DNA from: Podarcis vaucheri
Taxonomy: Eukaryota
DNA length: 64,000 nucleotides
Direction: 5' to 3' (one strand)
NCBI GenBank assembly: GCA_965113315.1
Contig: OZ220363.1
Position numbers and translations under genes: made by a program. The notes below the pieces were generated by a model, which was given only the letters and a program-made list of their open reading frames with translations, had not been told where the DNA came from and did no database searches. Shown here in pieces: positions 13,617-26,600 of the stretch (position 1 is the stretch's first letter; every line of letters starts with the position of its first letter).

Positions 13617-13867
13617 CAGTCGTACCTTGGTTCTTGAACAGAATCCGTGCTGGAAGTCCATTCGACTTCTGAAAATGTTCAAAAACCAAGGTGTGGCTTT
13701 CGATTGGCTGCAGGAGCTTCCTGCATTCAATCGGAAGCCACGGAAGCAGCATCAGATGTTTGGGTTCCAAAGAACATTCGCAAACCGGAACACTCACTTC
13801 TGGGTTTGTGGCGTTCGGGAGCCAAAACATTTGAGTCACAAGGCGTTTGAGAACCAAGGTATGACTG
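13617..13867. mobile_element. Tc1/mariner MITE, same family as 9718-9958 in opposite orientation
   Basis: TIRs CAGTCGTACCTTGGTTCT / AGAACCAAGGTATGACTG, TA flanks. Confidence 0.85.
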
Positions 13868-13992
13868 TACAGTATGTTGTTGTTTAACAGTCATTATCAT
13901 AACCTGCTATCACATAGTCACACCCAGCCCAGTACTTTGTTTGGGTTCAAGTCGTGCTCAAGCAAGGTGCCTCAGGCCAATAGCAGCCAATA

Positions 13993-14202
13993 CAGTGGTG
14001 CCTTGCAAGACGAAATTAATTCGTTCTGCGAGTTTTTTCGTCTTGCGAAGCACGGTTTCCCATAGGAATGCATTGAAAATCAATTAATGTTTTCGTTTTC
14101 GTCTTGCGAAGCAAGCCCATAGGGAAATTCATCTTGCGAAGCAACTCAAAAAACGAAAAACTCTTTCGTCTTGTGAGTTTTTCGTCTTGCAAGGTACCAC
14201 TG
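13993..14202. mobile_element. Tc1/mariner MITE with internal TTCGTCTTGCG repeats
   Basis: TIRs CAGTGGTGCCTTGCAAGACGAAA / TTTCGTCTTGCAAGGTACCACTG, TA flanks. Confidence 0.85.
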
Positions 14203-14606
14203 TATAGGTAAAAATGTATTAGGAAATGAGGTGTGCTTTACAGTATGTTGTGCCCAAGCCAGTTGTCAGGCTGGATACAATTCTATGCTTGCCCTGTGGG
14301 TCGGTGACCTGAGGTCCAAAGCACACTGAGGTACACACCTCAATTCCTTATGATGTTTAATACATTGGACGTTATTGGTATGGGGCATCATGCTTGACAG
14401 TGTCTTGTCACTTCCGGTCTAGATCAAGATGGAGACCACTTCTTTCAGAGCTCTGAAAGAGGTCTCTGCAACCAGATGGGGCCTCTTTGAGGAACCACAG
14501 GAGGATGGCCTGCAGTGCCTGGGGTGATCCCCCCTCCCCACCCTATAATGAAGTCAGCCTGACAACGAGGAATAGGAGAGGCAGGAGAAGCCTTTTTGCA
14601 TTGATC

Positions 14607-14799
14607 TAGGTACCGCTCCAGCGGGAAGGTAAACGGCGTTTCCGTGCGCTGCTCTGGTTCGCCAGAAGCGGCTTAGTCATGCTGGCCACATGACCCGAAA
14701 GCTGTACGCCGGCTCCCTCGGCCAATAAAGCGAGATGAGTGCCGCAACCCCAGAGTCGGTCACAGCTGGACCTAATGGTCAGGGGTCCCTTTACCTTTA
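14607..14799 (+). mobile_element. Sauria SINE (5'-truncated)
   Basis: taggtaccgctccagcgggaaggtaaacggcgtttccgtgcgctgc...ggtccctttacctttaa. Confidence 0.9.
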
Positions 14800-16573
14800 A
14801 ACACAGCAACTTACAATATTTTTCTTCTTATGGTAGCCCAATTGCTGTGGCAAAATACAATACAGGTACCGGTAGGTTAGAATTTACATGTATGTTTTGC
14901 TATCTTAACTGGACTCACATTATAATTGTCTGATCTTAACCATTATCAGCTGGAATCAACAGAACATAAAATAATGTTGTCAAGCCATAAGAACTGGATT
15001 TAGCCTAAATGAAAATCCAGGGTCTACACTGGGTTTTTTTGGTAGATCACTAGTGATAACACTTTCTATTCTGAGAACCTTGCACTAATGCCAACTGGCT
15101 TAGGTTGCCATGAAGCATGAGTCACGGCCGAATTGGCAAGCACTGTCCTTCAGTGAATCCCCTAATAGTTACTGCAAATGAGTCTCTTACCAAACTCAAT
15201 TCGAGAAGACTAGGGCTAGTACAATTCTTCCACAATTCTTGCACTGTCTGTTCCTTGAATTTTAAGCTTGCGAGGTTCAAGGACCTGTTTTATCTTTTGC
15301 AAGGAGCCTATATCAACAACTGCCAATGCATTATTAATGATAATATAATCTATCACAGATATATGGGCATGGATCCTGAGACCCCTGAATGAAAGGAAGT
15401 TGACAAAGAGAATTTTCATTCCCCTACTCACCCCAGCACCCTATCCAGTGGGGGAGAGGAGACAAAAGTAGGCAGCTTGAACAAGCAGTTTCACTTGAAG
15501 CTGCATTTGAGGCTGCCTCAAAATGCTAACGTTAGAAGGCACATTTGCAGGAGGGGGCAGGTAGGTGGAAGGGGGTGCTTAACCCAACTCATGGCTGCCA
15601 ACTCTCCCTTGAAAACATCTTCCGGGGTTTTACTCCTTTCCCCTCAGCATGGAGAATAGCATTTATGAGGAGAATCGGTCAGCATGGAAATTATTAACCC
15701 AGCCTTCCCCAGCCTGGTGCCTTCGCCATGGACTATAACTCCCATCAGGCCCAGCCTCCGAAGCTGTGCTGGCTGGAGATCAATGGGAGTTGCAGTCCAA
15801 AATGGCTGAAGGACACCAGGTTAGGGAAGGCAGGTTAAGCACTAACGTCCTCCCTTCTCCACTACAAGCCCACCTCTCAACCCAGTTGTGGGATTGCCTT
15901 GGCAAATAAGGGGCTGGGAAGAGGCTTTTGTGAAGGTTCTGCCTCTAGGGAAAATACTTATTTCAAGAGCTTAGAGAAATCCTTTGTTATACCATCAGCA
16001 TTTGCAGTGGGGTTGATCTTTTTCGAAATAAAGAGGAGCGGATGCTTAATTTAAACAGCTCTGCACAATGGACCAAACATTACAAGTACTGTAAAAGGAA
16101 ATGCAACCCTCAGATCAAGCCCTCCAACAAGTCCCTTGTAACAGCCCCACTCAGAAAGAGATAACTCCAGCTGAAACACAAGTTGCTAGCAGTAAAGCAA
16201 GCTGTACTGAAGGGTAGAAAATTAATGGGAGCTGCAGAGCCCCTCCTGGCCTTGGGGTGCCTTCTGTGATGCAAAGATGAATGCAGAATCTCAGGTCCCC
16301 TGCACTGAGACCACTCTTCAGGCAGTTCTTGAAGACTGGCAAAAGGCTTTCCAAGGACTTTCAGCTTTCATTACCAGGCTAAACATGAACAGTAACACAC
16401 TTGGATGAGTAGCTTAGAGTGGTATGGAATATGCTGGGAGTGTCGAGGTGCAACTCAGCTTGCACTGTGGGCTGGTGTATCTGCTTGAGAAAGGGCAGAG
16501 AGAGAGGAACCTCCAAACTTCCTAGACTGTCCTTGTGTTCATCTTCCTTCAGAGCTAGATGGATACTCTTAGG

Positions 16574-16819
16574 TAGGGTTGCCATATTCTGAAGAGCAAA
16601 AAAGAGGACGCAATGATGACTCTCATTTTATACAGTATGTAGGCTATAGAAGCTGTATAGAAGCTATAGAAGCAAGTCTTTAACCACCAGTTATATTTGT
16701 ATCTCCTCCAGAAACTATAGCCAGAGACATTTTGGCAAATTTAAAAAATCCACCTGGACAGCATTTTTACCTCTGAAAAAGAGGACATGTCCTGGAAAAG
16801 AGGACACATGGCAGCCCTA
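16574..16819. mobile_element. hAT-type non-autonomous element
   Basis: Termini TAGGGTTGCCATA ... ATGGCAGCCCTA; related element starts at about 18940. Confidence 0.7.
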
Positions 16820-17569
16820 GTCAGTTGCTGACCTTACTTATTATTCCCTCCTTTTCTTCTTCATGTTTTCCTCTTGACATATCTTCCCAGCAGACATATT
16901 TTGGATCTCTCTTCTCTTGAGACGCAAGAGCAAGCATGGCTCATCACATCTCAACCTTAGGAAAGATTCCCATTCTATTTGGCTATCGACACGTATTTCC
17001 AGTAATAAATATTCACTTTGTTTTCTTAAACCCAGAGTCTCCACGTGATTACATCCAGGGAAAGTGTGCTTCTCCAACAAGGATTCTGCTTCAGTTCAGA
17101 TTCTGCCGGCATTTAACTCCAAATGCTAAGAAAATATACCCCAGAACAGGTGCCAAAAGCAAAGAGACTGGAATTTACAGTCCTTTGCAGCCTCAACACT
17201 CCCAAGAACATATTTCAATTAAAGCATTAATAAGACTAGTAAGGAGGCTGCTTCTCTACTTCCTCTGCTCTCTGCTTTTAGAGTTCTCTGCAGGCCCCGC
17301 TGGAATATTTTCCAGCTCCAGCAAACAAAGAGAGTCTCTAAAAGGCTGCGCCTTATGCCTTTCATCTTCTGCCAAGTTCAGATAACATTTTAAGGTTATA
17401 CTGGCTTTAGGTCCTATGTTTCCAGAAAAAAATTAATGGAAGAACAGAGTGTAACTGAAGTCAGGGACACTGTTCATTCTGTTCATTCATTAAACTTAAA
17501 GTGCAAAAGCAGAAATGTGGTTCATAGGGATCAGAAGCACTGAATGCATTTTCCATATTTATCCACACT

Positions 17570-18330
17570 CAATGCCCTCATTATCACAGATTATTTAGTT
17601 CCACTCCAATCTGCATTCAGGCCAGGCCATGGGACTGAGTTGACCACGGCTGACATGATGGATGACCTTCACAGAGAAGGGAACAAGGAGAGCACAACCT
17701 TGTTCCTGCTTCTTGATCTTGCAAGCCAAGAGACTGAATCAAGAGGGTACAGCACTGGAAGAGTGCTTTTCAGCCCCCTGGTGGTTACGCTATGGGGTGC
17801 TGCAGAGCACTATTCTATCTCCAGAGCTATTTAATGCTACACGAAGCCTCTGGGGGTGATCATTGGGAGCAAGATGCTATCAGAATGCTAACTACACTCA
17901 GTTTCATTTCTCTGTAACATCTGAATGAAGCTGTGTGGGCCCTGGGCAGGTGGCTTGGGTGGAGTGGTGAGATGGAGGAAGGAAAATAAGCTTAGCTTTA
18001 ATTTTGGCAAGACAGAGGCACTATGGGTGAGTGGCTCCTGCATCCAAGAAATTGGTCAACTGCTTTCCCTGGACAGTTTTGCACTGTCCCCAAAGGAACA
18101 GTTTTCAGTTGGGGGGTGTTTCTTGATCCAGCTCTGTCACTGGAGGCCCAGGGTAGCCTCAGTGGCTAGAAGCCCCTTTTACCAGTGTAACCTTGTGACA
18201 GCCACATTCATTCCTGGATCAGAGAACCTGACCACAGTAGTTCAGGCACTGGTGACTTCAAGTTTGGATTACTGCAGTGCACTCTATGTGGAGCTTCCCT
18301 TGTGCTTGATCTGGAAAACACTTAGTAGTT
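17570..18330 (+). mobile_element. Degenerate L2/CR1-clade LINE reverse transcriptase fragment
   Basis: LQSAFRPGHGTE..DDL..LLLDL, KLSFNFGKTE, VQALVTSSLDYCSALY; frameshifted. Confidence 0.8.
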
Positions 18331-18497
18331 AGGACCTTTTTACTTGCCTTACCCCACTCAACCACTTCAGTTTGTGAAACTGGTACTACATAATACTCGC
18401 TTATAAGAAATCAGTATTTTAGTGTGGCAGCATTTACTTTAATAATCTTAAGATACCTCTTTTTAACTGTTTTTAATCAATAATTTTAAGATGGCAT

Positions 18498-18624
18498 CAT
18501 AGAACTGTAGTGTTGGAAGTGACCCCAGGGGTCAATCCCCTTCAGTGCAGGAATCCAGCCCACAACCATCTTAGGGTGGGTTTGAACCACCAACCTTCTG
18601 GTTGACACAGGCAGATGCACTGAG
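18498..18624 (-). mobile_element. SINE with tRNA-Asn-like head and CR1-type tail
   Basis: Minus strand aaccagaaggttggtggttcaaacccaccc + ttcctgcactgaagggg..ggtcacttccaacactacagttctatg. Confidence 0.6.
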
Positions 18625-19931
18625 ATCAGGTTTTATTATATATTTCTGTAAACCGCTTAGAGATTTTCCTGCAATCAAGCGGTATATAAATCCTGTTAAA
18701 TATATTATCAAAATTGGGAGGTGCTGCATGCATTTTTAAAATCACTGTGGGACTCACACCATATTTGCAACCTGAATGGATAATATTCGTAGGCTATGAA
18801 AGCAAAAAAAAAAAAAGGGGGGGGGATACCCAAGCCAATGCTGATACTTAGGCTTTATATTTTACCAAGTGGAATGATTGTAGCTTTGGTATTGAAAAGA
18901 TGGCTTGTAGGTATATGCACATGGCAGAGGACTGTGAATTAGGGTTGCCATACGTCCGGAATTTCCAGGGCATATCTGGAATACTGCAGCCGCAAGCAGT
19001 GTCCAGTGTCAGCAGTGTTGTTTTTGCAGGTTTCCCTCAGAAATAGCTCATTTCTTTGAGATTTTGCAAAAGAAAAGTTCAACAACTTTTCTGTTCGAAT
19101 TTTCACTTTTTGAAATATAGCAGCTCAAGTACAAAGGTCCTTCACTCTCCCTCCACTCTGTCACAAAGCACAGCAACAAAATTCAAGGAGCAATATTTCA
19201 AACTCTGCCAGCAAATCCCAACATGACTCACATTTAGCTTCTTCTCTCCCTTCTCTGGGCAATTGGTTATGCCATGTGGAGGTCAGGTGGCCAAACTCCC
19301 TGCTGACCTTTGCCATTAATTATCTGTGATCAACTGCATACCCCTTCAGGCCTCCAGTCCCCCCCTCCGACCCAATTACTCCCTTCAGCTTCTTTCCCTC
19401 CTAGCAAACAGCATATTTTTTCCCTTCCCCACACCTCTTGCCCCTCCCCCCCAGCAGAAGTATGTTCAACTAATTAAACTTTCATGCACACATAAGCTTG
19501 CCTGCATCTACTGGCTCCTACTTTGCATTACCTTACTCCAGCATTAAGAAACCGGGACACAGTTGTGGGTGGTGGCGGGTGAGCTGCACTCCTAAACTTT
19601 CCATAAGTATGTTTAGCACTACTGGAACATCAACTGTACTGGAGAACAAAGCTCTTCTAAATCCTTTGCTAATGGGAATAGGCAGAGCTGGCAGTAAGGC
19701 TTATATGCCTACCCCATCCTTCATTCAACCCTTAAAAACCAAATACAATCAGAGGAGCTTCTTCCCAGGTAAGTATGCCTGGGTTTGCAGCCTAAAGCCT
19801 TTTGCCAGGATTTGGGGAGAACATCTGGCAAGTGTCAACAACAGTAATACTGCATCCCCCTCCCCAAGTGCAAAGAATGTTACTAACCAGCCAACCAACC
19901 TTATTTGTCTGCCCTGCAAAGGCACCCTTTG

Positions 19932-19997
19932 GAGAAAGAGAAAAAGAGAAAGAGAAAGAGAAAGAGAAAGAGAAAGAGAAAGAGAAAGAGAAAGAAA
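19932..19997. repeat. (AAAGAG)n hexanucleotide microsatellite
   Basis: Direct reading. Confidence 0.95.
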
Positions 19998-20512
19998 GGG
20001 ATCTGGAGTCCAGTTATTCATATATTCACTGTATTGGCCCCCTGCTGCAGTTGACAAAAGGATGGAATCAAAGCACCATGACAATAAGCAGCATGTGAAT
20101 ACACTCCCACCAGACAATGCCACATACCAGCTCAATTCCCTCAGGATGCTAAACAGCAGTAGATAGGATTGATTCACACCAAGGCTACCTCTATTGGAAG
20201 CATCAAGCAGATTTTCTTTCCCAACCTCCACCAACATATGATTGCTACCAGAATTAGCAAGGGAATAAGAATCTGTTTCTACTTCAGTATATAGGCTCAC
20301 TAGATGGCTTTGGAAAAGTTGTCTGTCTGTAAATTGGGAATAACCATCTGGCTCACAGGGCTGTCCAACCTTAACAGGAAACGAGTAGGTACTTCTGAAA
20401 TTGCCACAGCAAATTTCTGTCAAAACTATGTTCATGACAATATGGTAGGCTTTCAAGATTATGAGTAAAGGTGCCTTGTGTTTTTTACTTTATTTACTGA
20501 ATCATGCATCAT

Positions 20513-20858
20513 GTAAAGGTAAAGGACCCCTGGACGCTTAAGGCCAGTCAAAGGCGACTATGGGGTTGTGGTGCTCATCTCGCTTTCAGGCCGAGGGAGC
20601 CAGCGTTTGTCCACAGACAGGTGGCCAGCATGACTAAACCGCTTCTGCCACAATGGAACACCATGACGGAAACCAGAGCACACGGAAACGCCGTTAACCT
20701 TCCTGCCGCAGTGGTACCTATTTGAAAGGTGTGCTAAGTTGGCAGAACCTGGGACAGAGGAATGGGAGCTCAACCTGTCGCAGGGATTTGAACCGCTAAC
20801 CTTCTGATCAGCAAACCCAAGAGGCTCAGTGGTTTAGACCACAGCACCACCCGGTCCC
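20513..20858 (-). mobile_element. Sauria SINE, essentially full length
   Basis: Minus strand starts GGGACCGGGTGGTGCTGTGGTCTAAACC with B-box GGTTCAAATCC and ends in a (ACCTTT)n-like tail. Confidence 0.88.
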
Positions 20859-22229
20859 ATACAATCATCCCTGCAACCAATGTATGTGTTATGACTGAAA
20901 TTCTTAAACCATCAGCTTGATTTATAAAGATAATAGTTCTGAGGCACTTGAACATTAAGCCTAACACAATCCCATGCCTATGTAATTGGGAGTCTCACTG
21001 AACCCAAAAGGACAGGCACAGCACTGGGCTGCACAAGTACTTACATCAGACACTCTCTGTGTATGAAGGGGAAACAAAGGCTTATTGGCAGCATAAAAGT
21101 AAATAAAATACACAAATACCAAGCTGCAACAAGACAAAGATTTAAAATCTTCCCATTTATTGTAATATTAGCTTTCAAAGTCAAGAACCTACTTGTTGGC
21201 TTGACAACCACTAAAAAAAAATCTGAAGAGGGGGTTAATTGTTCTTATGCTGCTGTTTTAGTGTTTTAACTGCAATTTGTATCGCATTGTTGAGGACCTT
21301 GGGAAACTATTGAGGGCCAAATGGCAGCACAGAATGTAAAAAAGAGATTAACAATAGTTCACTAGCTGCATGACAGAGGTTTTTGCTCAGAAAGCTCATG
21401 CTTGCTATATATATCTTTCTCGGATATGATTTGCCCCTTATCCATGGTTAGCCAATATATTAAACATTATATATTATGACCGAAGTGGCAATATGGTGCA
21501 GTGATTAGAGTGCCACACTAGAACCATCCACTATCTCACAAATCTAGACATTGTTGTAGGAATAAAATAAGAGACAGGTCCCATTGAAAAGAATTACCCT
21601 AACCTACCAAAAGTTCCAAGAAGACACAGGAGTATCTTAAGGCCATTTCCCCTATGCATTCTTTGGAGGATCATGCCCCTTTTCCACCCAAAGCATGCAT
21701 AGGGCTCACTTTGCACAGATTCAAATTTCATGTCAATTACAAAAGCTCCCTAGAATCATGGCCTCTCAGACTCATGGGGCTGCTTAGCCTCTGAATAGGT
21801 GAGCTATAAAAATATATGAAGATGACCTTCTCTGAGGATATGGAGAATACATTTCCTTCATTGCCACCAATTAACCACATATTCATCCAAATATTAATTA
21901 GGCAGCAGAGCTTCCAAACAGGTCAGAGCTCTCACACATCTCGAATTAGAAATTTACCACTGCAGGGAAAGACTCGATATACAGTAGTTTGGCCCGGGTC
22001 GTATTAACTTGGGAGCAAGACCATCACATTTACTTGGAAGAAAGCATGCTTCGGATCGCAGCCCCGCACATCTATCGCTAAATGATGAAGAAGGTGTAAT
22101 TAGCAGAAGGGAGATAATTACAGGCTTAGCAGTTCTGCAGAAGGACCAACAAGCAAAGGAACTTTTACTACTGCTAGCAAATAACTCTTACTACAGCTCG
22201 AGTTATTATTACTTCTGATTTCACACATG

Positions 22230-23600
22230 CGGCGGCCAAAAGGCGAGCCGAGCGCTCTAGGGCGCTAAAATAACTCGAGGAAACGGAAGGCGCCCCTTTG
22301 GGAGCTTTAAAAATTATTACGGTGGCGGTGACGGGCCGTGTATTTCAGGGAGAGGAGGGTGCCTCCGGAGGGGGAAAGGGCTGTTCTTGTCCCAGCCTTC
22401 TCACTTCCCCAGCTCCCCGTTCAGGCCGCGCGCCCCGAAGGCTGCTGCCCCACATCCCAGGTGCTGTGCCGTCGGCCACCTGCTGCCGTTGCCTCCGCCA
22501 AGCAATAAAGCGGGACAAAGGGGAGGCGCCGGGCGGGCAACGCACCTGCCGCCGCCAGCAGCAGCTCGTCGTCCCCTTGCCCAGATTCATGCAGTTTCCC
22601 CACGCAACTCATATTCCCCCAAAAGAGGGACCCGCTGACGGCGGGCACCGTCTTCACGACGCACCTGCAAGGCGCAGCCAAGGCAGCCTCTCCTGGCAAG
22701 GGAGCGCCGAGCACCTGCCCGCGCTGAGCTGCTCGCGAGGGGTCTCTCCCTGAAGGGAAGCCTCCTCAACCCTCTGCGCCTGGGAGGTAATGCGCGCCCG
22801 CTTCTCCGCCACGCAAGATGCGCGCAGCCTGAGCGAGCCGCGCTCGCGCCCTCCTCGCCTCGCTCTCCAGTCCAACCCTTCCTTCCAACTCTCCTCCTCC
22901 TCCTCCAAGCCGGCACCTGCCTCTCCGAGCCGCTCCTCGCTCGACTCACTCGCCTCCCCACCACCCCGGTTCTTTCGCTCGGCGCTCGATTGGTTCGTTT
23001 CTCTCCATCGCAGGGTCAGGAGCTGCGCAGGCGCGGAGCAACTGTGGGGGGCGGGGGGGGGGAGAAATAAAAGAGCAGAGAGTCGGGAGACGGAGGAGGC
23101 GTGTCTCCAAAAAAGCAAAGTCCGACCCGGAAGCGCGCGCGCATGCGTGCTTGGTCAGGCGTACTCGGAGCTGGTTCGTGGGTCGCCGGCTGCTGCGGGG
23201 AAAGGCGGGGAGTGGGGGGCAGCTGCGCTGCGGGGGCACGCGCGCAGGCACGCAGGCGCGCACCCGTCTCTGGATCCGCCATGGCAGGATCCGCGCAGGG
23301 GCCGCTCGGGAGGTTGCGGCACCTGTGCGGCCGCTACCAGGACTACGTGAAGCGACACCCGGCGGCCACAGCTCAGCTGGAGAGCACCGTGCGCGGCCTC
23401 TCTTACCTGTTGCCAGGTAGGCGGGGGGCGAGCCGCGGAGACCGAAGCCGGGGGGGGGGGCGTTGAGGAATCCCAGCACCCTTTCTCCAACGCAGAGTCG
23501 CCGCGGGGAAAGGCTTGCCATTGACCTCCCCCCCCCCGGCAGAAGATGGTGTGGGCGCGGCTTCAGAGCTGCGCGGCCGGCAGAAGTCCGGCAGGTGAAG
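22230..23600. promoter_or_regulatory. CpG island, bidirectional promoter for PEX16 (+) and an inferred divergent gene (LARGE2 by synteny, -)
   Basis: Very CpG/GC rich; ETS/GABPA CCGGAAG 23127-23133; NRF1-type GCGCATGCGT 23139-23148 and TGCGCAGGCGC 23024-23034; CCAAT on minus strand near 22989-22993; minus-strand splice donors at 22944-22949, about 22662 and about 22543. Confidence 0.85.
23281..23416 (+). CDS. PEX16: PEX16 coding exon 1 ([46 protein letters not shown])
   Basis: ATG in CpG island; donor AG|GTAGGC at 23417. Confidence 0.95.
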
Positions 23601-26600
23601 TTTTCCCCAGCAGCTGTTAGAGGAGCGGGAGTTGTGCCAGGTCGGAAGGTGGCAGCCCCAAGCGAGAGAGGAAATAAATGACTGGGGTGTGCGTGTGTCC
23701 CTTCTCCAAATCCTCCAGACCTTTGGACTCGGATTTGGAGGGAGATCTGCTCGAATGAATCCCATTACTTTGCATCTTGTTAAGAGTACTGTACCCTAAT
23801 TTTTAACATTGTGTTCTTCAGGCAGCCCTCTGCCACTTACCGTTTGGGTGACCTGCCTGTTTCAGTGCCTGCTGCCGGTTTCAATCACCGGTTTGATAAC
23901 CTCCTGTTTGAAAGCGCCCAGGTCACACTCGATGCATCAAGATAGCTCTGGTCTCTCACCCTTGTTGGTGACTTCTGTTGCAACCTTGAGTAATTGCAGG
24001 GCAGTTACTTTCCAATCCGTAAGAGCTCTGCTAGATCAAGCCCAGAGTCCATCTGGTCCATTATTTTGTTTCCAGTGGTGACCAGGCAAATTCATTCCCT
24101 GGAAGGAAGCCCTTCACGCCCACTCCTCCCCCCCCCCCCTTTTGTGTCCTGCCTTTTCTGTTGCAAGCTTGCAGGCAGGAGTTGTCTTGCATGTTATTTA
24201 TCTCTTTTGGTCAAAGAGTACAGTGAAAGTGCTTTAAATCAATAACTGATCAGCCACTGGCTTATCACCACATCTTGGGAAAGTAAATTTCATTAGTTAA
24301 TAGTGTATCGTGTGGAAAAACTACTCTCCTTTGCCCTGAATTTACTACCAATCAGTTTCACTGCCTGGCCTCTACCTCCTTGCATTATGAGATGGGGTGG
24401 GGAAGTATCTACTCTCTGTGTACTATTTATCATTTGATAAGCTTTAGTTGCCTTTTTTCTAGACTAAAAACTTCAAATACTTTGACTTATACTTGAAGGG
24501 AAGGTATTCCAACACTTTAATATTTTTGGTTGCCCCTCTGCCATGCCCTTCTTAAGTCTGGATACAAAGAACAGTGTTCCTGAAGTGAAAGCACTATTTG
24601 TTTGTATAAAGTTGTTATAATACCTTAACATTTTCTGTTAAACCTATTAACCCCAAACAAAAACAAAAAAATCTTAATTTTTCACTTATGTTGACATTGT
24701 AGCAAAATCCCAAGGTACCCTTGTTAGGTAGACATAGGCAGCTTAGATCCCATATTGCCTCAGTGTCTATCACTTTATAACTATTTGTGCTGCATTTCCT
24801 TTGCCATTTTGTTTTCTGTTGTGGACAAATCATTTTGGAGTTTTTCATGGTCTGTTTGACTTTTCACCACACTTGAATAATTTGCTATCATCTGCAAACT
24901 TGGCTGCCTCATTGGATAATATATAAATAAGTTAAAGTTCCCAATACTTATCCCAGTTCAGATGCTTGGAGAGCCTCACTATTGTTTCTGTTGTGATAAC
25001 TGTTGTTCATACCATCTGCTTCCCATTCTTGCACCATTTCCCACTCCACAAGTGGACCAGTCCTCTGGTTCCCTACTTCCATATTTTATCAGTTAGGGGG
25101 GGTGATGGAACCAAATGATAATCATCACCTGACTATAAGTTGCAGTATACCTGGTCAAGAGAACATCTGAAACAAAAATAAAATAATTTGCTCATTGTTT
25201 ATCAGGAAAAAAACCAGTATTTTTAACCTAATTGTGACTATATTGTTTAAACCATAATTTACAGTGGCCCCAGTGTCTGTCAAATATAAAGGCAAATCTG
25301 GGATTACATTCCTACAATGCTATGGCAAAAAGACTCCGATTGGAGAATTGTCAGCTGTCATTTACCTATAGGACGTGTCTCCTCTTGTTGATGAAACTGG
25401 AGTGCAACTCTGTATTGGTTAAGAAGATGCAGAGTAGATTGTGGGATATTTTAATCTCCAGGCTGATTGAGCAACAGGGTAGCATATTTGTATAAGAATT
25501 GCATCAAAGCCTTTCCCTCAGAATACCTGTTTGGACTGTTTTCAAAAGAGTGTGGAATATTGGCTCATGTCTTCCTTATGCTTATTTTCCAGGTCGGTTT
25601 TCTGACTCTCATGAACTGTCTGAGCTGGGTAAGTAGAGCTGGAGATTGGCTGTGGGGTCCCAGACCTATGCTATGTTTTGCAAATAATGCCATGCTTTGT
25701 CGGGAGAAGATGACCTGAAGGAGGCCTTTTCTTAAGGAGAAAGATTTAATGCATAGCCAAGATTTCTCAGTGGTTGCTGAAAGTTTTGGTGCAGAGTAAA
25801 TGAGCTTGGACTGGAAAAAACCCTTTTTCTTATGAAGGCCAATTGACCCAAAGGGAAATGATAATAATGTGGGCAGGGAGGCACACACACAGTTATGAGG
25901 CAGAGGGTCTTCAAGCCACCCCAGGGTTTAAAATTCATTGCTCCATTAGACTGCCACACTATAGACCTTTCAGAATGAACTGAAGGCTCACTTTTTTAAC
26001 TTGAGGGTTTTAAAAATTATCATACCATTCTTGCTGTTGGTTTTGATGACATTTTAGTAATGCTCGGTGGACATTTATTAGTTACTAGTTTCCCAGTAAT
26101 TCATCCTTATTTTGTTGTAATTTTGTGTTTTAATGTAAGCCATCTTGAAAGAGTTAGTTAATAGTTTTTCTAGACTGCCCTTCATCCAGAAGGATTTCAG
26201 GACAGTATACAATATAGTAGAACCTCTAAACTAAAAAAAAAGGAGGTGGTCCTTTAAGTATTTTGGTCTTAAGTCATCTAGGGCCTTACAGGCTAACATT
26301 ACAAATTGGGTGTGGTACCAGAGGCAGCCAGCATAGTTCCTGAAGGCTAGGTATAATATGATCTCACCTTGCTGTAATGTTCAATAATCCAGGGGTGGCA
26401 TTCTGCACACGCTGCAATTTTCAGGCCATTTTCAATGGGATCCCCAAATAGAGTGCATTACAACAATTTGTTCTTGAGTTCACTGTGCCCAAGCTATCCT
26501 AATTCAGGAAGGGGGACACTTGGTGACTCATCCAGAACTCTGGGGCTCAAGCAGCTGGAACAAGGAGTACTCACAAACTACCAATCATCTCTGTGACTTC

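Larger units (their letters stand above)
1..22950 (-). other. LARGE2: Inferred 5' non-coding exon(s) and first intron(s) of LARGE2 (GYLTL1B); no coding exon recognised in window
   Basis: Inference only: LARGE2 is head-to-head with PEX16 in human, and the CpG island extends leftward with minus-strand donors. No LARGE2 peptide was found. Confidence 0.5.

Noticed and set aside
19498-20456. 222-aa (+) and 235-aa (-) ORFs with RE/KE/LS dipeptide runs
   Set aside because: Runs come from the (AAAGAG)n microsatellite; non-ATG starts; no homology recognised.
22298-23765. Many overlapping ORFs around the PEX16 start
   Set aside because: CpG-island artefacts; only 23281-23416 is supported as coding.
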